Assembly: GCA_017465025.1 (NCBI GenBank) | Contig: JAFTXM010000113.1 | Location: 626-64,625 of the forward strand | Reading direction: 5' to 3' | Length of the DNA stretch: 64,000 nucleotides | Origin: Oscillospiraceae bacterium | Lineage (GTDB): Bacteria > Bacillota > Clostridia > Oscillospirales > Oscillospiraceae | Part shown: positions 1 to 8,088 of the stretch, piece after piece | Numbering within the stretch: the first letter of the stretch is position 1 | How the letters are laid out: each line of letters opens with the position of its first letter | Translations under genes and position numbers: made by a program | The notes under the pieces: model-generated | The model's database searches: none | What the model saw: the letters and a program-made list of their open reading frames with translations, nothing else | What the model was told of the DNA's origin: nothing

Positions 1-10
1 TCTGGAGTAT

Positions 11-1027
11 ATGATGACAGTTAAACTGATTAGCGCCTTTGTGCTGGCCTTTCTGTTCAGCACAGCCTTCGGAAAGTATTATATCCCCTGGCTGCGTAAG
101 CAGAAAGCCGGACAGGAGATAAAGTCAAACGGCCCAACCTGGCATATGTCCAAGAGCGGCACACCCACAATGGGCGGTGTGATGTTTATTGCGGCCATCG
201 GCTTTGTCCTGCTGACCGTGGGCTTTGAGGGAATGCTCAATGGCAACTACGTGCACATTTTTGTATATCTCTTCGCTCTGGTTTTCGGTGCCATCGGTTT
301 TCTGGATGACTGGGAGAAGCTGAAGAAGAAGCAGAATCTGGGCCTTACAGCCAAGATGAAGTTCCTTTTGCAGCTGGCAGCGGCGCTGGTGTTTGTACTT
401 TTGATGCGTCAGATAGGCTATCTCAGCCCCAATCTCTATATTCCTTTTGTAAATAAGGTCATTTCCATGCCTGAGTGGCTGTACTTTGTGTTCGCCGCCT
501 TTGTCATAGTCGGCACTGTCAACGCCGTCAACATCACCGACGGTGTGGACGGTCTGGCCTCCGGTACATCCATTCCTGTAGCCCTCTTTTTCGTAGCTGT
601 CACCTATCTTTGGGGCAGCGAGTATCTGGAACTGGGCATTTTCGCCTCGGCTCTTGTGGGCGGCCTTATGGGCTTTCTGGTGTACAACTTCAACCCTGCT
701 CAGGTGTTCATGGGCGATACCGGCTCTTTGTTCCTCGGCGGTGCGGTGGCGGCTCTGGCTTTTGCCTTTGATATGCCCCTCATCCTCATTACTCTGGGCA
801 TAATGTACATTATTGAGACCCTGTCCGACATTATTCAGGTGGGCTACTTCAAGCTCAGTCACGGCAAGCGTGTGTTCAGAATGGCTCCTTTCCATCATCA
901 TCTGGAAATGGGCGGATGGACAGGAAAAAAGTGGAAAGAAAAAGAACTTTTTGTTCTTTTTACAGGCATATCTCTGGTCTTTGCCATCATATCATTTATT
1001 GGGGTTTTCCATCGTTATATACCCTGA
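11..1027 (+). CDS. mraY: phospho-N-acetylmuramoyl-pentapeptide transferase MraY
   Basis: 338-aa polytopic membrane ORF with MraY motifs (NAVNITDGVDGLA, MGDTGSLFLGG, HHHLE). GGAG lies just upstream of the ATG. First gene of a dcw-type cluster. Confidence 0.95.
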   Translation: MMTVKLISAFVLAFLFSTAFGKYYIPWLRKQKAGQEIKSNGPTWHMSKSGTPTMGGVMFIAAIGFVLLTVGFEGMLNGNYVHIFVYLFALVFGAIGFLDDWEKLKKKQNLGLTAKMKFLLQLAAALVFVLLMRQIGYLSPNLYIPFVNKVISMPEWLYFVFAAFVIVGTVNAVNITDGVDGLASGTSIPVALFFVAVTYLWGSEYLELGIFASALVGGLMGFLVYNFNPAQVFMGDTGSLFLGGAVAALAFAFDMPLILITLGIMYIIETLSDIIQVGYFKLSHGKRVFRMAPFHHHLEMGGWTGKKWKEKELFVLFTGISLVFAIISFIGVFHRYIP

Positions 1028-1060
1028 ATATGATGACATGAAAGTCGGGGAGGTGGGAAG

Positions 1061-2218
1061 ATGCGTTATGAAAGCGCCCGCCTCGCCGACTTTTCGCGTG
1101 ATGGGAAAAAACGGCCTCGCCGCAGCTTTGACACATCTTTTTTCGTTATGGTGCTGCTATTGCTGGGTATGGGGCTTGTTATGGTGCTCTCCTCCAGCTA
1201 TGCCCGCGCCTACTATGACCCGGGCAATGTGACAGGGGGCAACGCCCTTTATTATTTTGTCCGACAGCTTCTGTTTGCTTTTTTGGGTGTGGGCGCGATG
1301 CTGGCGGCATCCAGAGTACCCATGCATATATACAGGCGCTTTTCCCTGCACTTTCTTGTGCTTGTTGTGATAATGCTGGCCCTTGTACCCTTTATCGGGG
1401 TCAAGGCCAACGGCGCAAGGCGCTGGCTGGGTGTGGGCGGACTTACGGTGCAGACTTCGGAGCTTGCAAAGCTTGCGGTGGTGCTCTCTTTTTCATATCT
1501 TATCTGCAAATTTAGGACTGGTATGAAGAGCATAAGGTATGGTATAATCCCCTTTGCGGGCATACTTGTGCTCATTGTTGCCCTGCTCGTTCTGGAACCG
1601 CATTTTTCCGCCTCGGTCATCATTGTGGCTATCGGGTGCATCATGCTCTTTCTGGGCGGGGTGAGGCTTGTATGGTTCGTGTCAGCCTTTGGCCTGGCAG
1701 CCGGCGCCATCGCTGTGGTGCTCACATTCTTTCCCTATGCCTCCAGCCGTATCAATACCTGGCGCGACCCTTTTTCAAGTCCGACGGACGAGGGCTATCA
1801 GATAGTCCAGTCCCTCTATTCCATAGGCTCCGGGGGCTTGAGCGGCCTTGGCCTTGGCGGCAGCCGCCAGAAATATCTCTATCTCCCGGAGGAGCATAAT
1901 GACTTTATATTCTCGGTAGTGTGTGAGGAAATGGGCTTTATCGGCGCGGCTTTGATATTGGCGCTCTTCGCGCTGCTCATCCTCAGAGGCTACTGGATAG
2001 CCCTGCACTGTAAGGACAGATATTCTTTTCTTGTCAGCGCGGGCCTTATTTCCCTGCTTGCCATTCAGACCTTTCTGAATGTGGCAGTGGTCACAAATTT
2101 AATTCCCTGTACGGGCATATCCCTGCCTTTTTTCAGCTATGGGGGTACAGCGCTGCTCATCGAGCTGTTTGAGATGGGTATCATACTCAGCGCCTCCCGG
2201 GAGCGAATAAAGCATTAG
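1061..2218 (+). CDS. ftsW: SEDS-family peptidoglycan polymerase FtsW/SpoVE
   Basis: 385-aa, roughly 10-TM ORF with SEDS motifs (LPEEHNDFIFSV, SYGGTA). Sits between mraY and murG. Confidence 0.9.
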   Translation: MRYESARLADFSRDGKKRPRRSFDTSFFVMVLLLLGMGLVMVLSSSYARAYYDPGNVTGGNALYYFVRQLLFAFLGVGAMLAASRVPMHIYRRFSLHFLVLVVIMLALVPFIGVKANGARRWLGVGGLTVQTSELAKLAVVLSFSYLICKFRTGMKSIRYGIIPFAGILVLIVALLVLEPHFSASVIIVAIGCIMLFLGGVRLVWFVSAFGLAAGAIAVVLTFFPYASSRINTWRDPFSSPTDEGYQIVQSLYSIGSGGLSGLGLGGSRQKYLYLPEEHNDFIFSVVCEEMGFIGAALILALFALLILRGYWIALHCKDRYSFLVSAGLISLLAIQTFLNVAVVTNLIPCTGISLPFFSYGGTALLIELFEMGIILSASRERIKH

Positions 2219-2232
2219 AAAGGACAAAAACC

Positions 2233-3360
2233 ATGAAATTTATCTTCACCTGCGGCGGCACCGCCGGTCATATCAATCCTGCCCTTGCAGTAGCGGGCAG
2301 ACTTCGTCAGCTCATGCCGGACAGTGAGTTTCTTTTTATCGGTGCTGAGGGCAAGATGGAGATGGAGCTTGTGCCACGGGCTGGCTATGAGATAAAGGGG
2401 CTCAAGATAACCAACATAAGCCGGGGTCATGACCTTGCTGCCATAAAGCACAATCTTGAGACCCTGAAGAACGTGGCTGTGTCCCATCACGATGCAAAGC
2501 TTATAATCAAGGACTTCAAGCCCGATGCGGTAATAGGCACCGGCGGCTACGTGTGCTATCCTGTGCTGATGGCGGCCCATGAAATGCATATTCCCACCGC
2601 TGTCCACGAGAGCAACGCCATGCCCGGCCTGACAACAAAAATGCTGGCAGACAAGGTGGATAAGATAATGGTGGGCTTTGAGGAAAGCTGCAAGCATTAC
2701 CACCATCCTGAGAGAGTGGTCGTCACCGGCACACCCGTCAGGGGTGAGTTTTGTGAATTTACAAAGGCACAGGCCAAAGCAAAGCTTGGCATACCGGAAA
2801 ATATGCCTCTGGTTGTGTCCGTGTGGGGCTCTCTGGGCTCAAAGCATATGAATGGCATCATGGGTGACATGATACCGCTTATTGACGATAATTCCGGCTT
2901 CCGGCTTATCCACTCCATCGGAAATATGTACTATGACGGCTTCATGCAGAAACTCAGTGAGCTTTGCCCCTGCTATGAGTCTCACGGGGTGGATGTGCGC
3001 CGCTATATCTACGATATGCCCTGCGTCATGGCAGCGGCGGACCTTATTCTCTGCCGCGCAGGAGCTTCCACGCTCTCTGAGCTGAGTTTCATGGGCAAGC
3101 CTGTTGTCATCGTGCCCTCTCCCAATGTTACCGACAACCATCAGGAGAAAAACGCCCGTGTCCTTGAAAGGGCAGGCGGTGCTGTCGTCAGGATTGAGGG
3201 CGAGTTTGATGCAAAGTCACTTTATGACGAGGTTCGCGCCCTTCTTGGGGATAAGGCCAGAATGGATGAAATGTCAAGGTGCATGAAGGAGCTTGCGGTC
3301 TCCGATGCGGTGGACAGAATCGCTTCCATAGTCCTTGACCTTGTGGAAAATAAAAAGTAA
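2233..3360 (+). CDS. murG: UDP-GlcNAc:lipid I GlcNAc transferase MurG
   Basis: N-terminal GGTAGHINPALAV loop and C-terminal NHQEKNA motif typical of MurG. dcw context. Confidence 0.95.
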   Translation: MKFIFTCGGTAGHINPALAVAGRLRQLMPDSEFLFIGAEGKMEMELVPRAGYEIKGLKITNISRGHDLAAIKHNLETLKNVAVSHHDAKLIIKDFKPDAVIGTGGYVCYPVLMAAHEMHIPTAVHESNAMPGLTTKMLADKVDKIMVGFEESCKHYHHPERVVVTGTPVRGEFCEFTKAQAKAKLGIPENMPLVVSVWGSLGSKHMNGIMGDMIPLIDDNSGFRLIHSIGNMYYDGFMQKLSELCPCYESHGVDVRRYIYDMPCVMAAADLILCRAGASTLSELSFMGKPVVIVPSPNVTDNHQEKNARVLERAGGAVVRIEGEFDAKSLYDEVRALLGDKARMDEMSRCMKELAVSDAVDRIASIVLDLVENKK

Positions 3361-3419
3361 ACACAAATGCTCCCCCCACTGCATAATATGGCATGATTTG
3401 ATTGCACGGGGGGATATTT

Positions 3420-4673
3420 ATGGACATATGGCATATAAGGGGAGGAAACCGGCTTGAGGGCGCGTGTTTCGTGCAAGGCTCAAAAAATGCCTCTTTGCCG
3501 ATAATCGCAGCATCCGTGATATGCCCGGCTCGCACGGAGCTTGTGAACGTGCCGCAGCTAAAGGATGTGGATGCAGCCCTGCGGATACTCCGGCATCTGG
3601 GCTGTGTGGCGGAGCAGCGCAAAAACGACGTTTATATCGACTCTACATATTTCTCCTGTTCTGCAATTCCGCACAGCCTTATGGAAGAGATGCGCTCCTC
3701 CGTTATCTTCATGGGCGCGCTGCTTGCCCGCTGCGGCGAGGCAAGGCTGAGCCTGCCCGGCGGCTGTCAGCTTGGTAAAAGGCCCATCGATCTGCATCTT
3801 TCTGCCCTTCGCCAGATGGGCGCGGAGATAGAGGAGGATGGACAGGAGATTTACTGCAAGGCCAGAAAGCTCCACGGCGCGGATATCAGGCTGCCCTTCG
3901 CCAGCGTAGGCGCAACGGAGAATATAATGCTTGCAGCCTGTACCGCCCGGGGAAAGACCCTCATCCGCGGTGCAGCCCGTGAGCCTGAGATCGTGGCCTT
4001 GCAGGACTATCTTCGTGCTCTCGGCGCAAATGTTACGGGAGCCGGGACGGACACCGTGGTTATAGACGGCATGAAGCCGAAAAAGCATGCGGTCTGCCGC
4101 ATCATGCCTGACAGGATCGTGGCCTCCACCATTGCCTGTGCGGTGGCTGCCTGCGGCGGAAAAGTGGAGCTTCGCGGCGTAGTTCCGGAACATTTTTCTA
4201 CGGTTCTCTACTTCCTTAATAAAGCCGGCTGTGATATAATGAGCAAAAACCGTGCCGTCAGTATATGCTCCGAGGGCCGCCTGAAAGCGCCGGGGCAGAT
4301 ATCCACCCAGCCTTATCCCGGTTTTCCCACCGATGCTCAGCCGGTTCTGATGGCGGCATTACTGAAGGCTGAGGGCTGCACTCATATAAGGGAGAATATC
4401 TTTGAAAATCGCTACAGGCAGGCTTCCGAGCTTCGGCGTCTGGGCGCGGATATTGTCATTGAGGGCAGGGATGCCGAAATATACGGTGTTGAATGTCTCC
4501 GGGGCACAAGCCTCAATGCCACTGACCTTCGGGGCGGTGCTGCCATGCTGATAGCCGGTCTTGCCGCCGAGGGGGAGACGGTGGTATTTGATGACGGGCA
4601 TATTGGCCGCGGCTATGAGCGATTTGACGCGCGGCTTCGCGCCATCGGTGCGGACATTTTTCTTGAGTACTGA
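3420..4673 (+). CDS. murA: UDP-N-acetylglucosamine 1-carboxyvinyltransferase MurA
   Basis: MurA/EPSP-fold sequence with the active-site loop LPGGCQLGKRPIDLH. The ORF opens at 3402, but the ATG at 3420 follows a G-rich SD, so I take that as the start. Confidence 0.9.
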   Translation: MDIWHIRGGNRLEGACFVQGSKNASLPIIAASVICPARTELVNVPQLKDVDAALRILRHLGCVAEQRKNDVYIDSTYFSCSAIPHSLMEEMRSSVIFMGALLARCGEARLSLPGGCQLGKRPIDLHLSALRQMGAEIEEDGQEIYCKARKLHGADIRLPFASVGATENIMLAACTARGKTLIRGAAREPEIVALQDYLRALGANVTGAGTDTVVIDGMKPKKHAVCRIMPDRIVASTIACAVAACGGKVELRGVVPEHFSTVLYFLNKAGCDIMSKNRAVSICSEGRLKAPGQISTQPYPGFPTDAQPVLMAALLKAEGCTHIRENIFENRYRQASELRRLGADIVIEGRDAEIYGVECLRGTSLNATDLRGGAAMLIAGLAAEGETVVFDDGHIGRGYERFDARLRAIGADIFLEY

Positions 4674-4727
4674 GGAAGCCCTGCTTCCTTTCACATTCCA
4701 CCAGATAAAAAGGGGAGTATACATATC

Positions 4728-5519
4728 ATGCCTCATACCCATTTTGACCAGCCGCCTTCAAGCAGACACAGCGAAGCTTTCCAGCAGCCCCGCAGGAGAC
4801 GCCGCTTTGCCAGTGTCAGTGCGCCCTTGATGTTCGTTGTGGTCATTGTCTCCATCATATTTGTGATGAGTGTTTTCTTCCGCGTGGCGGATATACAGGT
4901 TGTCGGCAACAGCCACTATACTGATGAGGAAATAATCCGCGCCATCGACATAGAAGAGGGCGACAACCTGTTTTTCTTTGACCGTTTTGCCGCTATCAGC
5001 CGTGTTTTTGCAAAGCTGCCCTACATAGAAGAAGTCTCCGTTGAAAGACATCTGCCCGACAGTGTCACCATTGAGGTCACGGAGAGCAAGGCTTTGGCCT
5101 ACCTTGTGCTGGGCGATGAGTTCTGGACGCTGGACCATAACTGCAAGGTGCTGGGCAAGGCAGTGGAGGAGGAGCTGGTGGCTTTGATACCCGTTGAGGG
5201 CATAAAGCCCGGAACTCTTCTTATTGGCGAACCCATGCAGACTGAGGACGGCGATACCGAACTTGTGGAGTATCTGAGAGAGATACTCTTTCAGGTGCAG
5301 GAGCGGGGCATCTACATGAATGTCACCATGATAGATTTTGCGGACCCCGACAATGTGTTTTTCTATTACGGGGACAGGTTTACCGTCCGTCTTGGCTCGA
5401 ACTCCAATACAGAGTATAAATTTGGAATGTTTGTTTCCGTTCTGGAAAAACTTACAGCAGGGGACGTGGGATATCTGGATCTCTCCGACGGCAGCAGCGC
5501 CCATTTCATGTCGGAATAA
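4728..5519 (+). CDS. ftsQ: cell division protein FtsQ/DivIB (POTRA domain)
   Basis: Basic N-terminus, one TM helix, then a POTRA-like segment (IQVVGNSHYTDEEII). Lies immediately upstream of ftsZ. Confidence 0.8.
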   Translation: MPHTHFDQPPSSRHSEAFQQPRRRRRFASVSAPLMFVVVIVSIIFVMSVFFRVADIQVVGNSHYTDEEIIRAIDIEEGDNLFFFDRFAAISRVFAKLPYIEEVSVERHLPDSVTIEVTESKALAYLVLGDEFWTLDHNCKVLGKAVEEELVALIPVEGIKPGTLLIGEPMQTEDGDTELVEYLREILFQVQERGIYMNVTMIDFADPDNVFFYYGDRFTVRLGSNSNTEYKFGMFVSVLEKLTAGDVGYLDLSDGSSAHFMSE

Positions 5520-5568
5520 CGCCATTACAATTTGTTTACAAGTAATTTCCGAAAAATAAAAATAGCTA

Positions 5569-5597
5569 TTGACCTAAAAAGAAAAATGTAATAATAT
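5569..5597 (+). promoter_or_regulatory. sigma-A-type promoter upstream of ftsZ
   Basis: TTGACC, 17 nt, TAATAT in the AT-rich ftsQ-ftsZ spacer. Confidence 0.5.
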
Positions 5598-5674
5598 ATA
5601 TAAGTCAAAATGTAGAAAAATATCCTAAACTTTTTCACGTCAAGTGATGAAATATTTCACAGGGAGGCACAAGC

Positions 5675-6913
5675 ATGGATTTCAGAGCCGAGACAGGACC
5701 CGAAAATCTGGTAAGTATAAAAGTAGTCGGTGTAGGCGGCGCAGGTAATAATGTTGTCAACAGAATGGTCAGAGCCGGCACTCAGGGTGTTGAGTTCATC
5801 GCCATCAATACGGACAAGCAGGCTCTTGCCATTTCCAACGCCCATCAGAAGCTTCAGATAGGCGAGAAGATGACCCGCGGACAGGGTGCAGGCTCTGATC
5901 CTGAGGTCGGCAAGCGCTCCGCCGAGGAGAGCCGCAACAACATAGCCAAGTCCATTGAAGATGCCGACATGGTGTTCATCACCGCCGGTATGGGCGGCGG
6001 CACCGGCACAGGTGCAGCTCCCACTGTGGCAGAGCTTGCCCGCGAGGCGGGTATTCTCACTGTGGCAGTTGTCACAAAGCCCTTCAAGTTTGAGGGTAAG
6101 CGCCGCATGGATCAGGCCAACGCCGGTATCAAGGAGCTTTTAAGCCGGGTCGACTCTCTGCTCATAATCCCCAATGACAGGCTGAAATTCGCCACCGACC
6201 AGAAGGTTACTCTGGCAAATGCTTTCGAGATCGCCGATGATGTTCTCCATCAGGCAGTCACCAGCATTTCCGACCTTATCAAGAACACAGGCTTTATCAA
6301 CCTTGACTTTGCCGATGTCAGCACCATTATGCGCAATGCAGGCTATGCCCATATGGGCGTGGGTCACGCAGTGGGCAAGGGCAAGGCTGAGGACGCTGCC
6401 CGCATGGCAGTTTCCAGCCCCCTCATGGAGACCTCTATCAACGGCGCACGCGGCGTGCTTATCAACATCACCGGCTCTGAGGATATGGACCTTGAAGATG
6501 TTGAAACCGCTGCAAATCTGGTGCAGGAAGCTGCCCACCCCGATGCCAACATCATCTTCGGCGCAAGCTTCGATGCAAACCTTCAGGATGAGATCCGCGT
6601 CACCGTCATCGCCACCGGCTTTGAGGACGGTGCAAATGCAGCCGCTGCAGCCGGTGTTGCTGCCGCAGCCCCCGGCATCCGTCCGGTCAGCATGAATAAG
6701 GACAAGCCCCAGGGTCTGTTTACCGGCGCTGCCGAGAAGGCTGCCGCTGCCGCTCCCTCTCCCATGAATATTCCTCTGGCAGAAGAGCGCGTGTTCCCCG
6801 CGGCTCCCGTAGTACCCGCAGCTCCCGTGGCCCCTGCCGCACCTGCTGCTGCACCCTCCGAGCCTGCCGAAGATCCCTTTGACAGCATCTTCAAAATATT
6901 CAATACTAAGTAA
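5675..6913 (+). CDS. ftsZ: cell division GTPase FtsZ
   Basis: Tubulin signature GGGTGTGAAP, NTDKQAL, a Pro/Ala-rich linker and a C-terminal DPFDSIFKIF peptide. Confidence 0.97.
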   Translation: MDFRAETGPENLVSIKVVGVGGAGNNVVNRMVRAGTQGVEFIAINTDKQALAISNAHQKLQIGEKMTRGQGAGSDPEVGKRSAEESRNNIAKSIEDADMVFITAGMGGGTGTGAAPTVAELAREAGILTVAVVTKPFKFEGKRRMDQANAGIKELLSRVDSLLIIPNDRLKFATDQKVTLANAFEIADDVLHQAVTSISDLIKNTGFINLDFADVSTIMRNAGYAHMGVGHAVGKGKAEDAARMAVSSPLMETSINGARGVLINITGSEDMDLEDVETAANLVQEAAHPDANIIFGASFDANLQDEIRVTVIATGFEDGANAAAAAGVAAAAPGIRPVSMNKDKPQGLFTGAAEKAAAAAPSPMNIPLAEERVFPAAPVVPAAPVAPAAPAAAPSEPAEDPFDSIFKIFNTK

Positions 6914-6942
6914 TTTTTCCAGTCTGAACTGACTATAATTTT

Positions 6943-6987
6943 AAAGTACAGCACCGCAGATAATAAATGCGGTGCTGTACTTTTTTA
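6943..6987 (+). terminator. rho-independent terminator after ftsZ
   Basis: 16-bp perfect stem AAAGTACAGCACCGCA/TGCGGTGCTGTACTTT followed by a T-run. Confidence 0.85.
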
Positions 6988-7041
6988 TGATGGGAGGTGC
7001 TATAAATTCCGAAAAGATTTGTTGGATTTATAACTGAGTTT

Positions 7042-7812
7042 TTGCGTATTTACAAGAGCAACAGACTCAATACGGCTTCCGCTGCCCTTTCTTATTATCT
7101 TACAATGACGGCCTTCCCCTTGCTCATCTGTCTGTACACCATGCTGGGCAACAGCTATGAAAGCGCCCTGCGCATAGTTCGCCTTGCCAGCGGCATCCTC
7201 GCACCTGACACAATAAAGCTCATAGAGGAATTTCTTGATTATATATCGCTCAATAACAGCACAGCCATGCTGGTTGCGGGGCTATTGGTGCTCATATCCT
7301 ATGCCTCTTCCGCTTTGCGCTCTTTGCAGAGCACTCTTTGCGCCTTGCAGGGCGGTCAGGGCTATACCGGACTCAGACACTATGTGTTCAGCGTGGCATT
7401 TTCCCTCGTTTTTCTGGCAGCCATGTATTTTGCCGTACTGCTTATGCTTTCGGGCGGACGCTTCATCGCGTTTATCAACCGGGTTCTGCCTTTTCTGGAC
7501 ATAGACGGAGCGTGGGTATTTTTCCGTTTTGCGGCTCTGGCAGGGATTTTCTTCATCGTGGTATGGAGCATATACGAAATGCCAAAAAGACCGGAAAACG
7601 CTTATTCCACCCATATAGGTGCGGCTTTGGCGGCGCTCGCAATGCTGGCGGTATCAATGGCCTTTTCCTTTGTAATAAGCCGCTCATCCAATTACCCTCT
7701 TGTGTATGGCTCCCTTGCTTCAATAATACTTCTGATGCTGTGGCTGTATTCCTGCTGTACCGTCATATACTGCGGCGCAGCCTTTAATATTGCCATGAGA
7801 GATACAAAATAA
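7042..7812 (+). CDS. YihY/BrkB (virulence factor BrkB / RNase BN-like) family membrane protein
   Basis: Polytopic ORF with the family N-terminal motif (ASAALSYYLTMTAFPLL). The frame is open from 7006. The TTG at 7042 is the first conventional start; see the finding on a possible ATT start. Confidence 0.75.
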   Translation: MRIYKSNRLNTASAALSYYLTMTAFPLLICLYTMLGNSYESALRIVRLASGILAPDTIKLIEEFLDYISLNNSTAMLVAGLLVLISYASSALRSLQSTLCALQGGQGYTGLRHYVFSVAFSLVFLAAMYFAVLLMLSGGRFIAFINRVLPFLDIDGAWVFFRFAALAGIFFIVVWSIYEMPKRPENAYSTHIGAALAALAMLAVSMAFSFVISRSSNYPLVYGSLASIILLMLWLYSCCTVIYCGAAFNIAMRDTK

Positions 7813-7827
7813 AATACCCATAAAACA

Positions 7828-7856
7828 AAAAGGCGCGGAAACCCGCGCCCTTTCGC
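7828..7856. terminator. bidirectional GC-rich hairpin between the convergent yihY and feo genes
   Basis: GGCGCGG-aaac-CCGCGCC, flanked by an A-run on one side and a T-run on the other. Confidence 0.65.
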
Positions 7857-7897
7857 TTATGGCATAGTTATAGAGAGGTAATATATGGTATGGTAAA

Positions 7898-8062
7898 CTA
7901 ATTTTTTCCCCCGTGGCAGGAGCCCTTCATGGCGCAGCCTGCACAGGATGAACCACAGGAGCAAAGACTTTTGCCCTGCTTCTTTTTTACAATGGCCGAC
8001 ACTATGATCGACACGAATATCACAGCCACAACTGCGGCCACGATTATGCTGGCTAAATTCAT
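7898..8062 (-). CDS. FeoB-associated Cys-rich membrane protein (54 aa; absent from the ORF track)
   Basis: My hand translation gives MNLASIIVAAVVAVIFVSIIVSAIVKKKQGKSLCSCGSSCAGCAMKGSCHGGKN. This is one TM helix plus a Cys-rich tail, and it lies directly downstream of feoB, as in that family. Confidence 0.75.
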   Translation of the reverse strand: MNLASIIVAAVVAVIFVSIIVSAIVKKKQGKSLCSCGSSCAGCAMKGSCHGGKN

Positions 8063-8088
8063 ATTCAGTGCTCCTTTCGAATCATTTT

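Noticed and set aside
6640-6880. A Pro/Ala-rich repetitive segment (AAPVVPAAPVAPAAPAAAP) in ftsZ.
   Set aside because: This is the normal intrinsically disordered C-terminal linker of FtsZ, ahead of the conserved C-terminal peptide.
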